The notes beneath the pieces are model-generated. The model was given only the letters and a program-made list of their open reading frames with translations, had not been told where the DNA came from and searched no databases. From NCBI RefSeq assembly GCF_006345805.1, contig NC_042997.1, positions 118,792,001 through 118,856,000 on the forward strand: 64,000 bases of DNA, given 5' to 3'. Position 1 is the stretch's first letter; every line of letters starts with the position of its first letter. The DNA comes from Octopus sinensis (Eukaryota). The position numbers and the translations under genes are program-made. This document shows positions 1-13,553 of the stretch, piece by piece.

Positions 1-1204
1 AGTCAGGAGTAAATTAGAATTATTTCCCTTGGATTCTGGACTGGCATTGTTACAACACTCTTGAATAGTGGTAAAACTCTTCACAGCATATTCAAGCTTC
101 CAGTTCCTTTGAGTGAGAGAAGTTTCTGCAATGTTCCACCAAAGTCTGATCAAGGAAACATTCTGATGCGAGCGAAAGTCTTTATTATTGACGACGCTTC
201 AATGAAACCAGTTTATGCTTTGAAAGCTATAGATAATTGTATAAGAGATATTATGAACAGTAATATTATATTTGGTGGGAAAATTATCGTACAAGGAGAT
301 TTTAGAAAAGTTCTTCCAGTTATTCCCAGAGCTCCTCCTGCAGCTGTACTTGATTTCTGCCTCAAACGCTCCTCTGTGTGGAATACATTTCATGAAATGC
401 AACTTATGCAAAACATGAGAACAAATGCAAATGAACAAGATTTTCGAGGTGGCTACAACAACTTGGAAGTGGATTTCTTCAAAGCTCTCTTGATAATCTC
501 GCAGAAGATATTATTGATATTCCTGAGGCATGCATATGTAACTGTTCTTTGGTATCTGATATATTTGACAATTGTACAGCAGAAGAAGTGAAAAATAGAG
601 TGATCTAATCCCTTAAAATTCGGACTGTTTAGCAGTAAATGAAGAAAGTTTAAGAAGATTGCCAACTGAAACTAAGCACCGACTCAGTAAATTCTGATAA
701 TGAAGAAGAAGCCCAGAATTATCCCATGAAGTTTATAAACTCTCTTACACTTTCTGGAATGCCTCCCCATTACACTTATTAGAAACCTCTCTATAACACA
801 AGGTCTATGCAACGGAACTCGCTTGGAAATTCTTCAGCTCCACAAGCATAGCATAGAAGCGTCAATTAAGTGGATCTCATTCTCACATGACAGTACTGAT
901 TCCAAGAATAAAACTTACTCAAAGCGATGCAAACATTCCATTCGCTTTGCATCAGACCCAGTTTCTCGTTTGTCTGTCCTATTCTATGACAATCAATGAA
1001 GCGCAGATGAAAACATTCGATAGAGTTGACATACACTTTTCACAGCCATGCTTCACTCACGGCCAGCTTTACATAGATTTTCCAAGGGCAAGGGCGATGA
1101 AGATGCGTGAGGGTTAAAGTGATACCTCAAAACGAACCCACTCGTGGTCGCAGAAGGTGTATCACCTACACTAGGTACATTGTATATACAGGGAAGTGCT
1201 GTAA
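1..1204 (+). mobile_element. Decayed Helitron Rep/Hel gene, PIF1-family helicase C-terminal half
   Basis: ORF 61..591 has KTLHSIFKLP, IIDDASM and FGGKIIVQGDFRKVLPVIP. ORF 887..1117 has VLIPRI, YSMTINEAQ and PCFTHGQLY. These are PIF1/Helitron helicase motifs, broken by frameshifts and stops. Confidence 0.9.
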
Positions 1205-1250
1205 CTGTTGTATTTAACATATACTTTCACACAATAATTTAATATATACT

Positions 1251-1502
1251 TACTCTCTTTACTCTTTTACTTGTTTCAGTCATTTGACTGCGGCCATGCT
1301 GGAGCACCGCCTTTAGTCGAGCAAATCGACCCCGGGACTTATTCTTTGTAAGCCCAGTACTTATTCTATCAGTCCCTTTTGCCGAACCGCTAAGTGACGG
1401 GGACATAAACACACCAGCATCGGTTGTCAAGCAATGCTAGGGGGACAAACACAGACACACAAACAGCAAACACAGACACACAAACAACAAACACAGACAC
1501 AC
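1251..1502 (-). mobile_element. SINE family A, 3' part
   Basis: Matches the copies at 20206..20602 and 31585..31967 (cagtcatttgactgcggccatgctggagcaccgcc...gccgaaccgctaag). Confidence 0.85.
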
Positions 1503-1647
1503 ATGTTAATAAATATAACATAAAGGGTAATAGAATTTTTCATTAACCAAAATAGTACCAAATTTAACAATTTTAATTACATTATAACTACATACTAGAC
1601 GATATTTAAATTGTTCATAAATCTGTTCAAGTAGAGAGCATATTAAA

Positions 1648-2340
1648 CATGCTGACCATGAAATCATTAATGATATACGATTAACCATTTTTAAAGGAAT
1701 ATACGTCTAAACCTTTTTTTAATGAATTGATTCTATGTTCAGTCCCTCGAATTCGGTGCGCCTGTATACTTGTTGAAGTAGTTTGTCTTTAGAGTCCGCT
1801 TACGGCGTGAAGCTTTACTTATAATAATAGCCTTGATATAATAACGTATTTCATATATAAAGAATAAACTTATATACTTTGTATTAATTGTTTTCCTTAA
1901 TTGGATTTACACGCTGGCTGCTTAATAAATATATCTTATCCTTATATTTTATTTATAAATATTAAAGCGGAATAATAACAGTGCTGAATTATTTCGGTTA
2001 CACACACACGGCTGAGATGAACAAGACAGAAGTCCCTTTCATGGATATATAAGTACGAACATTTGTACATGCTCTACTACATACGAAATGCTTGTATGGT
2101 ATGTATAGCTGTTTAATATTTATAGTTTCGTGCATATGTTCGTACTGATGAGTGGAGAGCATGTCATATATGCTGACCATGAAATCATTAATAATATACG
2201 ACTAAACCTTTTGTAAGGAATTTCTTCTATGTTCATTCCCTCCAATTCGGCGCGTGTGTATACTTGTTGAAGTAGTTTGCCTTTAGAGTCCCCTTGCAGC
2301 GTGAGGCTTTAATTATAGTAATAGCCCTTAATATAATAAT
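1648..2340. repeat. Diverged ~190-bp direct repeat (about 1648..1843 and 2170..2337)
   Basis: Both copies share atgctgaccatgaaatcattaat...tatacttgttgaagtagtttg...tttagagtcc. Confidence 0.8.
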
Positions 2341-2492
2341 TATACATATATAATTTAGAGACACACCGCTATTTAGTTATTCAATTTAATTGTGAAAAGA
2401 TATCTATAATAACCACATAGAAAATAATTAAATAACTTATAATTATTATTCTAAAAATCTCATAGTAAATCAAACAGATTGTCTCCAAATTA

Positions 2493-2558
<66 letters not shown>

Positions 2559-2563
2559 ATATA

Positions 2564-3733
2564 CTAGCATTATGACCCGTCGTTGCTGGGTCATAGTGCT
2601 AGTGCATGTATATATGTGTATATATATGTGTACTTATTACATGTACATCTATATATATACATCTACATATAAAATACAAAATAAAAAGCTATATCTTGAT
2701 ATCGCTAGTGATAACAATACTCAAAATATATAACAGACTGGAATTGTAAACCCGTCTCTTGCAATTTCGATCAATTGTATCTTGACCTCCCTCTTGTATA
2801 GAAGTATGGCTACAATCCAGCCTACCTCTACTGCTGGGGAAGAGGCATTTTAAATTTTTATCCGGGACGTCCTACGTCCAGATATAAAGGTAAAAATAAA
2901 ATATTTCCACTTTGCAAGTTCGAGTCGAGTACTCCCTTGCACGCTCCGTTGACTCGAACCTCGCTCCTATTGTGGCGAATTTGCCGCCTCTGTTTAGATA
3001 TCTTTCATAGTCGCACCAAGACACTTTTCGATGGCGCTTTCCTCCAGGTGTTCAGATCTTTTTTCTCTACATTGTATACTTTATAGACAATAGTCTTTTC
3101 TTTAATTTAATTTTTTATTATCAATCTGGACTATTCCATTTCTGCACGCTAATTTTATTTTTAATTTATTCGCATTCAGGTGAAACCACTTATTCAAGTT
3201 CAAGTCATTGATGCAATTTTATACCAATTGCTATTTTTACTTTTGTTATGTTAAGATTATATTATACTTTAGTTTGATTTTAATTATTACTTACTACATA
3301 TAATTCAATTGTTATTATTATTCTTATTGTTAAAGTGAAAGCATCTGACATAAAATACAGAAATGTTTTTGTTTCACTTTTAACACGTACTACTGAAATA
3401 GTAGAGAAGATATGATATTGCTATGGGCTCGCTCTAGGCAAGAGGTTGAACATTTTTTTTGCCCATGAAACTACATGGACCCTACGTAAGGCATGTGTAA
3501 AATTTGAATGGAATTGGTTGTGTAGTTTTGAAGCTTTAGGGAATCGTAGTGGAGAAAATATGATATTGCTGTCCCTAGGCAAAAAGTTAAAATTTTTTGG
3601 CCGATGACACTCCCTGGACCCTAAGTAAGGCATGTGTAAAATTTGAATGAAATTGGTTTTGTAGTTCTCAAGGTTTAGGGAAACACACAGACAGACAGAC
3701 AGACAAACATTCTCAGTTTTATATATATATAGA
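2564..3733 (-). mobile_element. Non-autonomous Helitron
   Basis: On the minus strand it starts A|TCTATATATATATAAAACTGAG followed by (CTGT)n, and ends with a GC-rich hairpin plus CTAG|T (AT target, no TSD). An internal ~140-bp tandem duplication lies at 3400..3682. Confidence 0.85.
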
Positions 3734-3859
3734 TATAATATATTTTGAATTTTGATTTAGTGTGCTAAATTGGAAATTTTCCCTCTTAGCTTGGAATTAT
3801 TACATTCCCTAACTATTAATAATATTAATATATGATATATATATATATATATATATATA

Positions 3860-6112
3860 TAGGTAAACAGTAAAATTAAATACAGACATGGACAAGAACA
3901 TGAAACACCACAGAGACGACAAGAACCACAGGACGGGACATTCGAAGCCCGCAGTCATCAGTCAAGAACCAGATCATCTTAGCAATTTCGGCTGATTAAT
4001 CTTGAGATTGCACCGATATGGCCAGCCCGCCAAGGGAAATCTAAGCCAAGCGCATTAGATCCCCTGGAAGAAAGCTTCGAATGTATACAACGAAGGACGG
4101 AAAACGATCGAAGTACACAAACAAAAATACAGAATACGTGACACCAATAAGAATACAAAAACGTAAAAACAATAACGGTTAAAAATAAAAAATAAACAAC
4201 AAAACAAAACCAGGACGTAGGACAAGGGTCTTTCGACAGGACGATTTGAGTAGGGGCTGGCTGCTTGTGAAGTTGTGCCTAAAGGCCACGGGGAGACGAA
4301 CAAAAACGTGTTGCTTCTGAGGCTGCTGAAAACGAAAAGAGCGCTCAACAGCGGCTAGCTGTCACGTGAGAACAAAAGACAGGAGAAAGGGACAGATGAA
4401 AAGGGAGAGAAGGTGGACGAGGGAGGAGAAGAAAGAGACAGATCGAGGGGGGCTGGAGGTGAGAGAGATAGAGAAACGTAGAAAGGGGGGGGGGGACGGA
4501 TGGAGAGGGAAAGAACGGAAGTGGAATAAGGGAGGAGGGAGAGAGAGAGAAAAAAAGACAGATTAAGAGTCGTATCAAAGCTTGAGAAAAAAATATACTT
4601 ATCGTATAAGGACAATTGTGGATACGTAGCCGCCGATTATATAGGTAAACAGTAAAATTAAATACAGACATGGACAAGAACATGAAACACCACAGAGACG
4701 AACAAGAACACAGGACGGGACATTCGAAGCCCTCAGTCATCAGTCAAGAACCAGATCATCTTAGCAATTTCGGCTGATTAATCTTGAGATTGCTCCGATA
4801 TGGCCAGCCCGCCAAGGGAAATCTAAGCCAAGCGCATTAGATCCCCTGGAAGAAAGCTTCGAATGTATACAACGAAGGACGGAAAACGATCGAAGTACAC
4901 AACAAAAATACAGAATACGTGACACCAATAAGAATACAAAAACGTAAAAACAATAACGGTAAAAATAAAAAATAAACAACAAAACAAAACCAGGACGTAG
5001 GACAAGGGTCTTTCGACAGGACGATTTGAGTAGGGGCTGGCTTGTGAAGTTGTGCCTAAAGGCCACGGGGAGACGAACAAAAACGTGTTGCTTCTGAGGC
5101 TGCTGAAAACGAAAAGAGCGCTCACAGCGGCTAGCTGTCACGTGAGAACAAAAGACAGGAGAAAGGGACAGATGAAAAGGGAGAGAAGGTGGACGAGGGA
5201 GGAGAAGAAAGAGACAGATCGAGGGGGCTGGAGGTGAGAGAGATAGAGAAACGTAGAAGAAAGGGGGGGGGGGACGGATGGAGAGGGAAAGAACGGAAGT
5301 GGAATAAGGGAGGAGGGAGAGAGAGAGAGAAAAAGAGACAGATTAAGAGTCGTATCAAAGCTTGAGAAAAAATATACTTATCGTATAAGGACAATTGTGG
5401 ATACGTAGCCGCCGATTATATAGGTAAACAGTAAAATTAAATACAGACATGGACAAGAACATGAAACACCACAGAGACGACACAAGAACCACAGGACGGG
5501 ACATTCGAAGCCCTCAGTCATCAGTCAAGAACCAGATCATCTTAGCAATTTCGGCTGATTAATCTTGAGATTGCTCCGATATGGCCAGCCGCCAAGGGAA
5601 ATCTAAGCCAAGCGCATTAGATCCCCTGGAAGAAAGCTTCGAATGTATACAACGAAGGACGGAAAACGATCGAAGTACACAAACAAAAATACAGAATACG
5701 TGACACCAATAAGAATACAAAAACGTAAAAACAATAACGGTAAAAATAAAAAATAAACAACAAAACAAAACCAGGACGTAGGACAAGGGTCTTTCGACAG
5801 GACGATTTGAGTAGGGGGCTGCTTGTGAAGGTGTGCCTAAAGGCCACGGGGAGACGAACAAAAACGTGTTGCTTCTGAGGCTGCTGAAAACGAAAAGAGC
5901 GCCTCAACAGCGGCTAGCTGTCACGTGAGAACAAAAGACAGGAGAAAGGGAACAGATGAAAAGGGAGAGAAGGTGGGAGGGGAGGGAGAAGAAGAAAGAG
6001 ACAGATCGAGGGGGCTGGAGGTGAGAGAGATAGAGAAACGTAGAAAGGGGGGGGGGGACGGATGGAGAGGGAAAGAACGGAAGTGGAATAAGGGAGGAGG
6101 GAGAGAGAGAGA
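3860..6112. repeat. Tandem array of ~780-bp units (about 2.9 copies) between (TA)n tracts
   Basis: The unit start ataggtaaacagtaaaattaaatacagac recurs at about 3860, 4641 and 5420. Copies differ mostly by small indels. Confidence 0.95.
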
Positions 6113-6140
6113 AAATATATATATATGTACGTATATGTAT

Positions 6141-6173
<33 letters not shown>

Positions 6174-6864
6174 CATTTATGTACATATGCATATATAATG
6201 CAAACAAATTCACTATCCAACAAGATTTTTCCCCAAACGTGAAACTGAAGAGAGATAATGGCTTAAAATGTGTCATCTACACTACCGTCAGAAATTAACT
6301 AGCACCCTTGATTTGCTCTTCACTCAAGGTATGTGCTGTCACCTAGTGGCCATATCTCGAACTATTGCTTTGTTGCGAGTTCACTGTTGCGCAGAACGAT
6401 GGCGTAACTTTGTTTGCAGAGCATTTTGAGAGTCTACACCCTTATGATGTTGACATAGCAGTGCAACAAAACTTGGAGTGCGGATGCAGACAAATCTTCC
6501 TTTGTTAATAGATATAGGTAGCACCTCGCAAGGACCGAAATCACACCATACTAAGTTTTCTCATCGCGTAAGACGTTTTGAACAGCTCATAGGTTAATTG
6601 ATTTAACCTATTTAATGTAGAAATTTGAGAAGTGCTAATTAATTTCTGAAGCAAGTGTAAGTGAAGTGCCCGTTGATTTCTTCTTTTCTACACGAGAATA
6701 TTTTCGTGCATTGCCGAGATGTTCTGTGTTTTCATGAAAAATGAAACGAACACGTCTACAATAGGTTTCTTAACATGAAACCAATGGTAGACTCGATGTT
6801 CAACTAAAGAAATTTCATCCACCAATGCGGTGTTGAGCACTCACTCTCATTGTTCGTGTTTTAC

Positions 6865-7085
6865 GTATATGCATATAGATATGTATATATATACATACGT
6901 ACATATATATGTATATATATATGTATATATATACATATATATACATATATATATATACGTACATATATATGTATATATATACATACATATATATATATAC
7001 GTACATATATATGTATATATATACATACATATATATATACATACATACATATATATATACATACATATATATATATATACATACA

Positions 7086-7123
<38 letters not shown>

Positions 7124-7205
7124 CATATATATACGTATATATATATACATATATATATACATATATATACGTATATATATACATATATATATATACATAC
7201 ATATA
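6865..7205. repeat. Compound (TA)n/(TACA)n microsatellite
   Basis: Direct inspection; it explains the YI-rich ORFs. Confidence 0.95.
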
Positions 7206-8807
7206 ATGTAAACAAAATAAGAGTGCAAGGAGTTTGATTAAATATTAAGTTAAAAAAACAAAATAAATGCAGAAGCAAACGAAAAAAAGGTCATGGAATG
7301 TCAAGAAATCCTTGTCAGTTATCTGCCAGCAGGTCAAGCGCAATTTCACGGTTTCATCGAAATATTTCTGCCCTTTTGTGACGCTGACAACCAGAAGCCG
7401 CCGCGAAATAGAAGGCCACGAAAAAGGATCAAAACAATATACAAAGTAAAGAAACAATCAAGAAATAAACAAAAATTCCATACTGGAGAGTCGAGGGACG
7501 AAGGCAAGCAAGCCAACTTAGGAACAAACTGAAATAAATAAGCAGAATATGGCGTTAGGGTGAGACAGGAGACAAATTCATGATTAACGCCAGGAGAAAT
7601 GTCTAAAGAATTAGAACTAAAAGGACCACAGAGAGACAGTGAAAAGCGGGACGATCGCTTCGGTGGTCGGCGTGAAAAGGAAAAAGATAAAAGATGAGAG
7701 ACCCTGCAATGTCTAGGATTAAGGGAAAAGTTTTTTTATTTTTCAATCACTTTCGGAATTACAACAATTAGTGGCTTGGAGTTTAACTGCTCTTTCTAGT
7801 GAGTCAGATATCCTATTCTTTGGGTATCTCTTTTGTGTTTGAATGTAAACTTTATTCTTCTCTGAATAATCTATAGTCTATTGACTATTTTTTTCTTCTT
7901 GCTAGACCACTGGTAACTAAGAATTTTTTTCGATAAATATTCTTGCTACCCTAAGATTTTAATTAATATATTTATATTGAAATGGAGTAAAGAGATACAA
8001 TACACGGAACTGTGGCATCGGTGACCTTCCTAATAACATGGTTTCCATAATTTGCGTAGTCATGCATTAACTCAGAACAAAATACTTTTCTCAACTTTGC
8101 GTCACCTTTCCTCACCTATTGTTGTGTTCTCCATATTTTTTTTATCTATGCAGTACTACCATATATCATCCTCACAAACAAGAAACTAATAAAAATGAAT
8201 TCTCGTTATTTTTTTCTCAGTTACATTTGCTTGATTGTTGTCACCTCGGGTATTGAAAAAGAAGACAGTATAAGAAGTTCACATTTTTTTATTAACAATT
8301 ACGCAGCATATAAAAGTGTCACAGCTTTGTTAATCGAAAATTTACATTCTAAGAAAGTTATTTAGATATATTAAAGAATTAATTACTCGGAGGAATTACG
8401 AAAGTTATCTCCAGTAATGCAAAACAAAGAAATAACCAAATATCGACTTACAAAGAAAAATGGTGTTTATTTTATATAACAGTCCTAAGAACTCGTGGTT
8501 TAAAATAAGTTCATATAACCAACTCAATATTTTGTAAAACAAGTTTTTATAATATATTGAAGTTTTGGTGCAGCGCCATCAATTTCGAGGGAAGATATAA
8601 GTCGATTATATCGAACCCTGTACTAAACTGGAACTTATTTTATCGACTCTGAAAGGATAATCGGCAAAATAACCCCCCCACCCGGCGGCATGTGATATGT
8701 ATAAACATGTGTGTGTGTGTAATTGTGCATGTTTTTCCGATAGGTGCCTATCGTAACGTTTGCCCACTATTCAAAAGAATTAACATTTAAATAGCATACG
8801 CACACCT

Positions 8808-8849
<42 letters not shown>

Positions 8850-8935
8850 TTAATCATATTAAAGGGAAATGAAAATGAAAATTTACATTTCCAGTGGTCT
8901 AACGTGTAAAACATTAAGTCCAAAAGACTATATAT

Positions 8936-9457
8936 TAGTCATACGATATAGAGAATATTTAAACACATGAGGAAGCCACTTGTAGGAATTCAACATGCTA
9001 GAAAAAACAGCTACGTTCTATAACCTCAAAAATTAGGGATAAAATTCGACAGGAACGAAATGAAAAATAAAAAAACATTTTACCATCTAGTTTCCTGGAT
9101 CAGTTGGTTTCTGATTTTAGCTAAGCGAGTCAAGGAACTCGCCAGGTGCAATCTTCTTCAGCGGGAGCACCTAGGGTTAAACGTAAACACACAGGTCGAT
9201 CAAAACTGCTTGCCCCGTATTTATACGTCCTAACCTTTTCAAAATCTACTGCGCAGCCGCAGTCCTTCGTTGGCAATAAAAAAAGCAATTCGTCCACGAA
9301 ATTAGATGGTAAAATGTTTTATTAATTTTTCATTTCGTTTCTGTCGAATTTTATCTCTAATTTTTGTGGTTATAGAACCTAGCTGTTCTTTCTAGCATAT
9401 TGAATTCCTATAAGTGGATTCCTCATGTGTTTAAATATATACTATATCGTACGACTA
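8936..9457. mobile_element. Foldback element with ~165-bp inverted arms and an HHR-like motif in the spacer
   Basis: 8936..9100 is the imperfect reverse complement of 9292..9457. Related arm sequence occurs at about 17105..17175 and 34140..34253. Confidence 0.75.
9094..9165 (-). ncRNA. Degenerate type I hammerhead ribozyme
   Basis: cccg-CTGAAGA-a gatt..gcgagt/actcgc..aatc a-GAAA-ccaactg-ATC-cagg; there are mismatches in stems I and III. Confidence 0.5.
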
Positions 9458-10404
9458 TATATATATAAGGGGAGGGAGAAGAAAGAGACGGAGAAACAGA
9501 TGGAGAGAGAGAAAGTGAAAGAGAGAGATATAGATTGATTGATAGAAAAGTAGACAGACAGATGAACTAATGTTGTACAGAAACAACCAACGTATCCATA
9601 GGTAGGTCGACATTTAACAAACATGGCTGTCACTTAAATTCATAAACAAATTTATCGAGAAACACCAGTCTGGATTAGATTGGAACTCAGGGTTTGGGTA
9701 CCAGAATAAATAATGTAAACTTTTTACGTTTTCCCTCAGTATCCTTTATCATCCCATTCTTCTTGCAAGTGTAGGCTTTATTGTGCTCATAAAAAATATA
9801 TTTCTGGAAGCAGATCACAATTGATATGAGTAAATATGTTGCCTGCTGGGAATAGTTCCTCTCCTCTACGATTCGGCTTTACTGATATCAATGTTGACTT
9901 TGTTTCAATCACTAAAGTGGAATTAGTGAAAAATCGAAATGTCCCGTTAGACATGGCTGTCAGATTGGACAGATTTGCAGTCGCATAAGCCTTGATATAT
10001 TTTGCACACATCTCATGTGGGCACTCCCTTTACACCGTACTTAGCTCTCTCTCTCTTCTAATTCAATCCAATAATCAATGAAACAAATAATACATTTATC
10101 AAAAAGATAAACGCTTTGTTGTTGTAATGCGTTCATTTATAATTTTACTGGTTTTATTCATTTCCATGGATGTTAAAATAATAACAGCTGTGACTCATCT
10201 GGATTCTTTAATGAAATTTCTATCTTGGACAACGGCAATCTTGGACAGTTAATGCTTTAATTCGTCATTTTAGAGAGATTCGTCGTTTAAGAGAATATTA
10301 TAGGACAAAAATTCTACATATTTAGCAAACTCAAAAGCTTTAATATAATAGCAAGGAGCGATCCACGTTGATCGTGCTGGCACTCAGATTTTATCTCAGT
10401 GGAT

Positions 10405-10625
10405 ACCTATTTCTTTACTGCCCACACGGGGCTACACACAGAGAGAACAAACAAGGACAGACAAACGGATAAATCAATTATATCGACCCCAGTGCGTAAC
10501 TAGTATTTAATTTATCGACCCCGAAAGGATGAAAGGCAAAGTCGACCTCGCGGAATTTGAACTCAGAACGTAACGGCAGACGAAATGCCGCTAAGCATTC
10601 TCCCGGCGCGCTAACGATTCTGCCT
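10405..10625 (-). mobile_element. tRNA-derived SINE family B
   Basis: Core tatcgaccccgaaaggatgaaaggcaaagtcgacctc; a B-box GAGTTCAAATTCC is on the minus strand. Confidence 0.85.
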
Positions 10626-12195
10626 TATTTGATCTCAATGGATGCCATTAGGGATAGAGCGTCACTAATATCAGGTCTGTTATTTTGACGAGTGTTTTTT
10701 AAGGACACTAGTATTGTACGTTTGCTACAAGTATAGCTGCACGGTGAAACATTTCACTAGTGTTCCATTGTCAATTCGAAAATGCTTAAGTAAAATAAAG
10801 AAAAGTTATGTTTTTTATTTACTCAAAATCATGAAACAGTGGCTGCAATGAGTTATCAAAACACTATAGAATCGGCTTTTGTGTGGATGTGGAAACTCCC
10901 CTCAGTTCCACAAAATGTTATATTTCATGATGTGGTCAAAGGACGAGAGTTAGTTTGTAACTTTCACAGATCTCTGAGATCAGAAACAATATCTGCAACT
11001 CCTTGATGGAGACACAAAACGCAAGGGGAATTGAACAGTTCTAGAGTGTTTGTGACAAGAGCAATGAGAGCTGGTCCGAATAGCAAGTGAGAAGCTTGTG
11101 CTGGGTATAATTTTGGTGATGAAAGTAGGAGAGAAGGTGTGTCTGAGTTGAAATATATGACAGAGAACAGCCTAGGTGTAGAAATGACAGTGTGGGCCTG
11201 GAAGAGAGCTGTTTATGTATCTTACATAAATATTCCAGGATCGATATGGAGATTAGTATATGATGACAGATAAAAAAAGGTTTTATGTAGTTTCCTCGAA
11301 AAATGATAAGACATAATTATTCTATAAAAAGTTAAACCAGTGATAAAATCACCATTGGACTGTTGGGAGCAAACGTAGAGTAATATCTGTTAAAAAAGAA
11401 TAAGTAGATATGTGTCAGTCCTAACCAACAACTAAAAGGTTGTGACAGTTCATCGGAACACTGAGTCTTCTTATAAATCTCACCACAAAATTAGAAAAGA
11501 AATCTTTGTTTACATTAATCACTGAGGACTAGTATTTTAAAGTCGAAGCAAATGGTCATATTCTATAATTGAAGCAAACACTTAAATGGAATCGATATTT
11601 CACCTCGATCGTAATGTTTCTTCAAAATGAAAAAAAGGAGAGGGTGAAAATACTTCTTTTGTCATAAAATTCTTTATTGGCTGTAAGAAAATTAATGACT
11701 GGTCGCTTGAATCCGTTTTCAAAAAATATTATGTACCGACGTTAATGGGGATTATTTACGTAAATAATTTCGTTGCGATTTCGAGTTTTCAGAAGTGTAC
11801 CTCCTGTAATATTGTTTTCGCAACGAGTAAAAAGCAGTCCCTTAGTTAAAAAATATAAAACTTTAAAACAGCGAACGACAAATAATTAACTTATTTTCGC
11901 CAAACTTTAATTTTCTTTCAAAAGCAAATATAATCGATCTATTGTTCCATCATCAATTGAATAGGAGTAATAAACAATAAGGTCATCTGAAAGATCAGAA
12001 TTGTAATTAGCAATGTATTCTACAGAATTTATTTAACTTTACTCCATATATTTGAATTGGGCATTCGATTCCAATCGGAATTAGGATTCTAGGCAATCAA
12101 GATTTTCTTAAATATTGTTATGCAATCTGTAAAGTGAAATTGCATGAAACTTGAATCAGTCAGCTTTTTCTGACCTCAGCATGTCGATACAATAC

Positions 12196-12753
12196 CCATT
12201 TCTTTACTACCCACAAGGGACTAAACACAGAGTCAACCTCGGCGGAATTTTAACTCAGAACGTAACGGCAGACGAATTACCGCTCAGCATTTCGCCCGGC
12301 TTGCTAATGATTCTGCTAGCTCGCCGCCTTATCTGGCCGACTTATTCGAGAAATATTCTTTTCTACTCTAGGCACAAGGCCCGAAATTTTAGGGGAGGGG
12401 GGTAGTCGATTAGATCGACTCCAGTACGTAGCTGGTACTTCATTTATCGACCCCGAAAGGATGAGAGGCAAAGTTGACCTCGGTGGAATTTGAACTCAGA
12501 ACGTAACGGCAGACGAAATACCTATTTCTTTATTGCCCACAAGTAGCTAAACACAGAGGGGACGAACAAGGACAGACATACAGATTAAGTCGATTATATC
12601 GACCCCAGTGCGTAACTGGTACTTAATATATCGACCCCAAAAGGATGGAAGGCAAGTCTATCTCGGCGGAAGTTGAACTCAGAACGTAACGGCAGACGAT
12701 ATACGGCTACGCATTTCGCCCGGCATGCTAACGGTTCTGCCAGCTCGCCGCCT
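12196..12753 (-). mobile_element. SINE family B cluster (a dimeric copy plus a shortened copy)
   Basis: The core is repeated (three actcagaacgtaacggcagacga units), with a tRNA-like head GGCGAGCTGGCAGAACCGTTAGC on the minus strand. Confidence 0.85.
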
Positions 12754-13393
12754 TTCGAGTCCTAAATATTATTGCAACTTATTGTTTCGATATCATACAA
12801 ATAGCACAAATAACATGTAAGTTGGCTCCACCAGGATTTGAACTTAGATATCAAATGGGGGAGTTTAAAGAACAGGCAAAGTCTATAAAACGATACTGCC
12901 GCAGTTTTCCCTCCATTGTGCACAAAATAACTATGTTGTTATAAATGACATCTGAAGCAGTCTCCGTTCTTTAAATTATAAACTGAAATGAAATATAGTT
13001 TTATAACAATGCGTCAATATTTTATTACTTAGAAGAAGAAGAATAAAACATACATCTCTTTTAAAGAAATTCCATTCCCACTGTTTGCTCGAATAACAAG
13101 AAAGAAAGACAATAAAACGTATGAAGATAAATCAATAAGAAAACACATTATTAAGTAAAGACAGAGTGATAATTCTTTACAAAGGAAATTTTCCTGTGTA
13201 ATAAAATTTTTGAACGTAGATTATTTCTTTATAATTCTGATATTTTTTTGTTGTTGTTGCATACCCTACTTAAATTACCATTTTTATAACTAGACGTTTT
13301 GACTAACGAAACATTTTGGTATAAAACGAAAAACTGATATTTTTTAGGAATCTTTAAAATGTCAATAGATCATTAGTATTCTGTCTTCCTCAC

Positions 13394-13553
13394 CGATATG
13401 AATTTCTCGGACAATGTCTGGAACATATAGAACCGAATGCCGTTGCGTGACATACTTCCATTACTCGTGAATATTTCGCAGTGTACGGAAGGGAATTATC
13501 TTCAGTCAAGCAAGGGTAACATTTCCTGTAACTCACACACAACACTTTGACAG
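13394..13553 (-). CDS. Candidate isolated internal exon, Cys-rich (EGF/MEGF-like)
   Basis: Acceptor ttactgctAG and donor GTGAGG enclose an open frame VKVLCVSYRKCYPC...VCHATAFGSICSRHCPRNSY. Confidence 0.3.

Noticed and set aside
3935-3995. CTGATGA on the minus strand in each 780-bp unit, as a hammerhead
   Set aside because: It is followed by GAAU rather than GAAA, and I could not build consistent stems I-III.
6815-7278. Long YI/IY-rich ORFs (also at 22613, 44676 and similar tracts)
   Set aside because: These are translations of TA-rich microsatellites, not genes.
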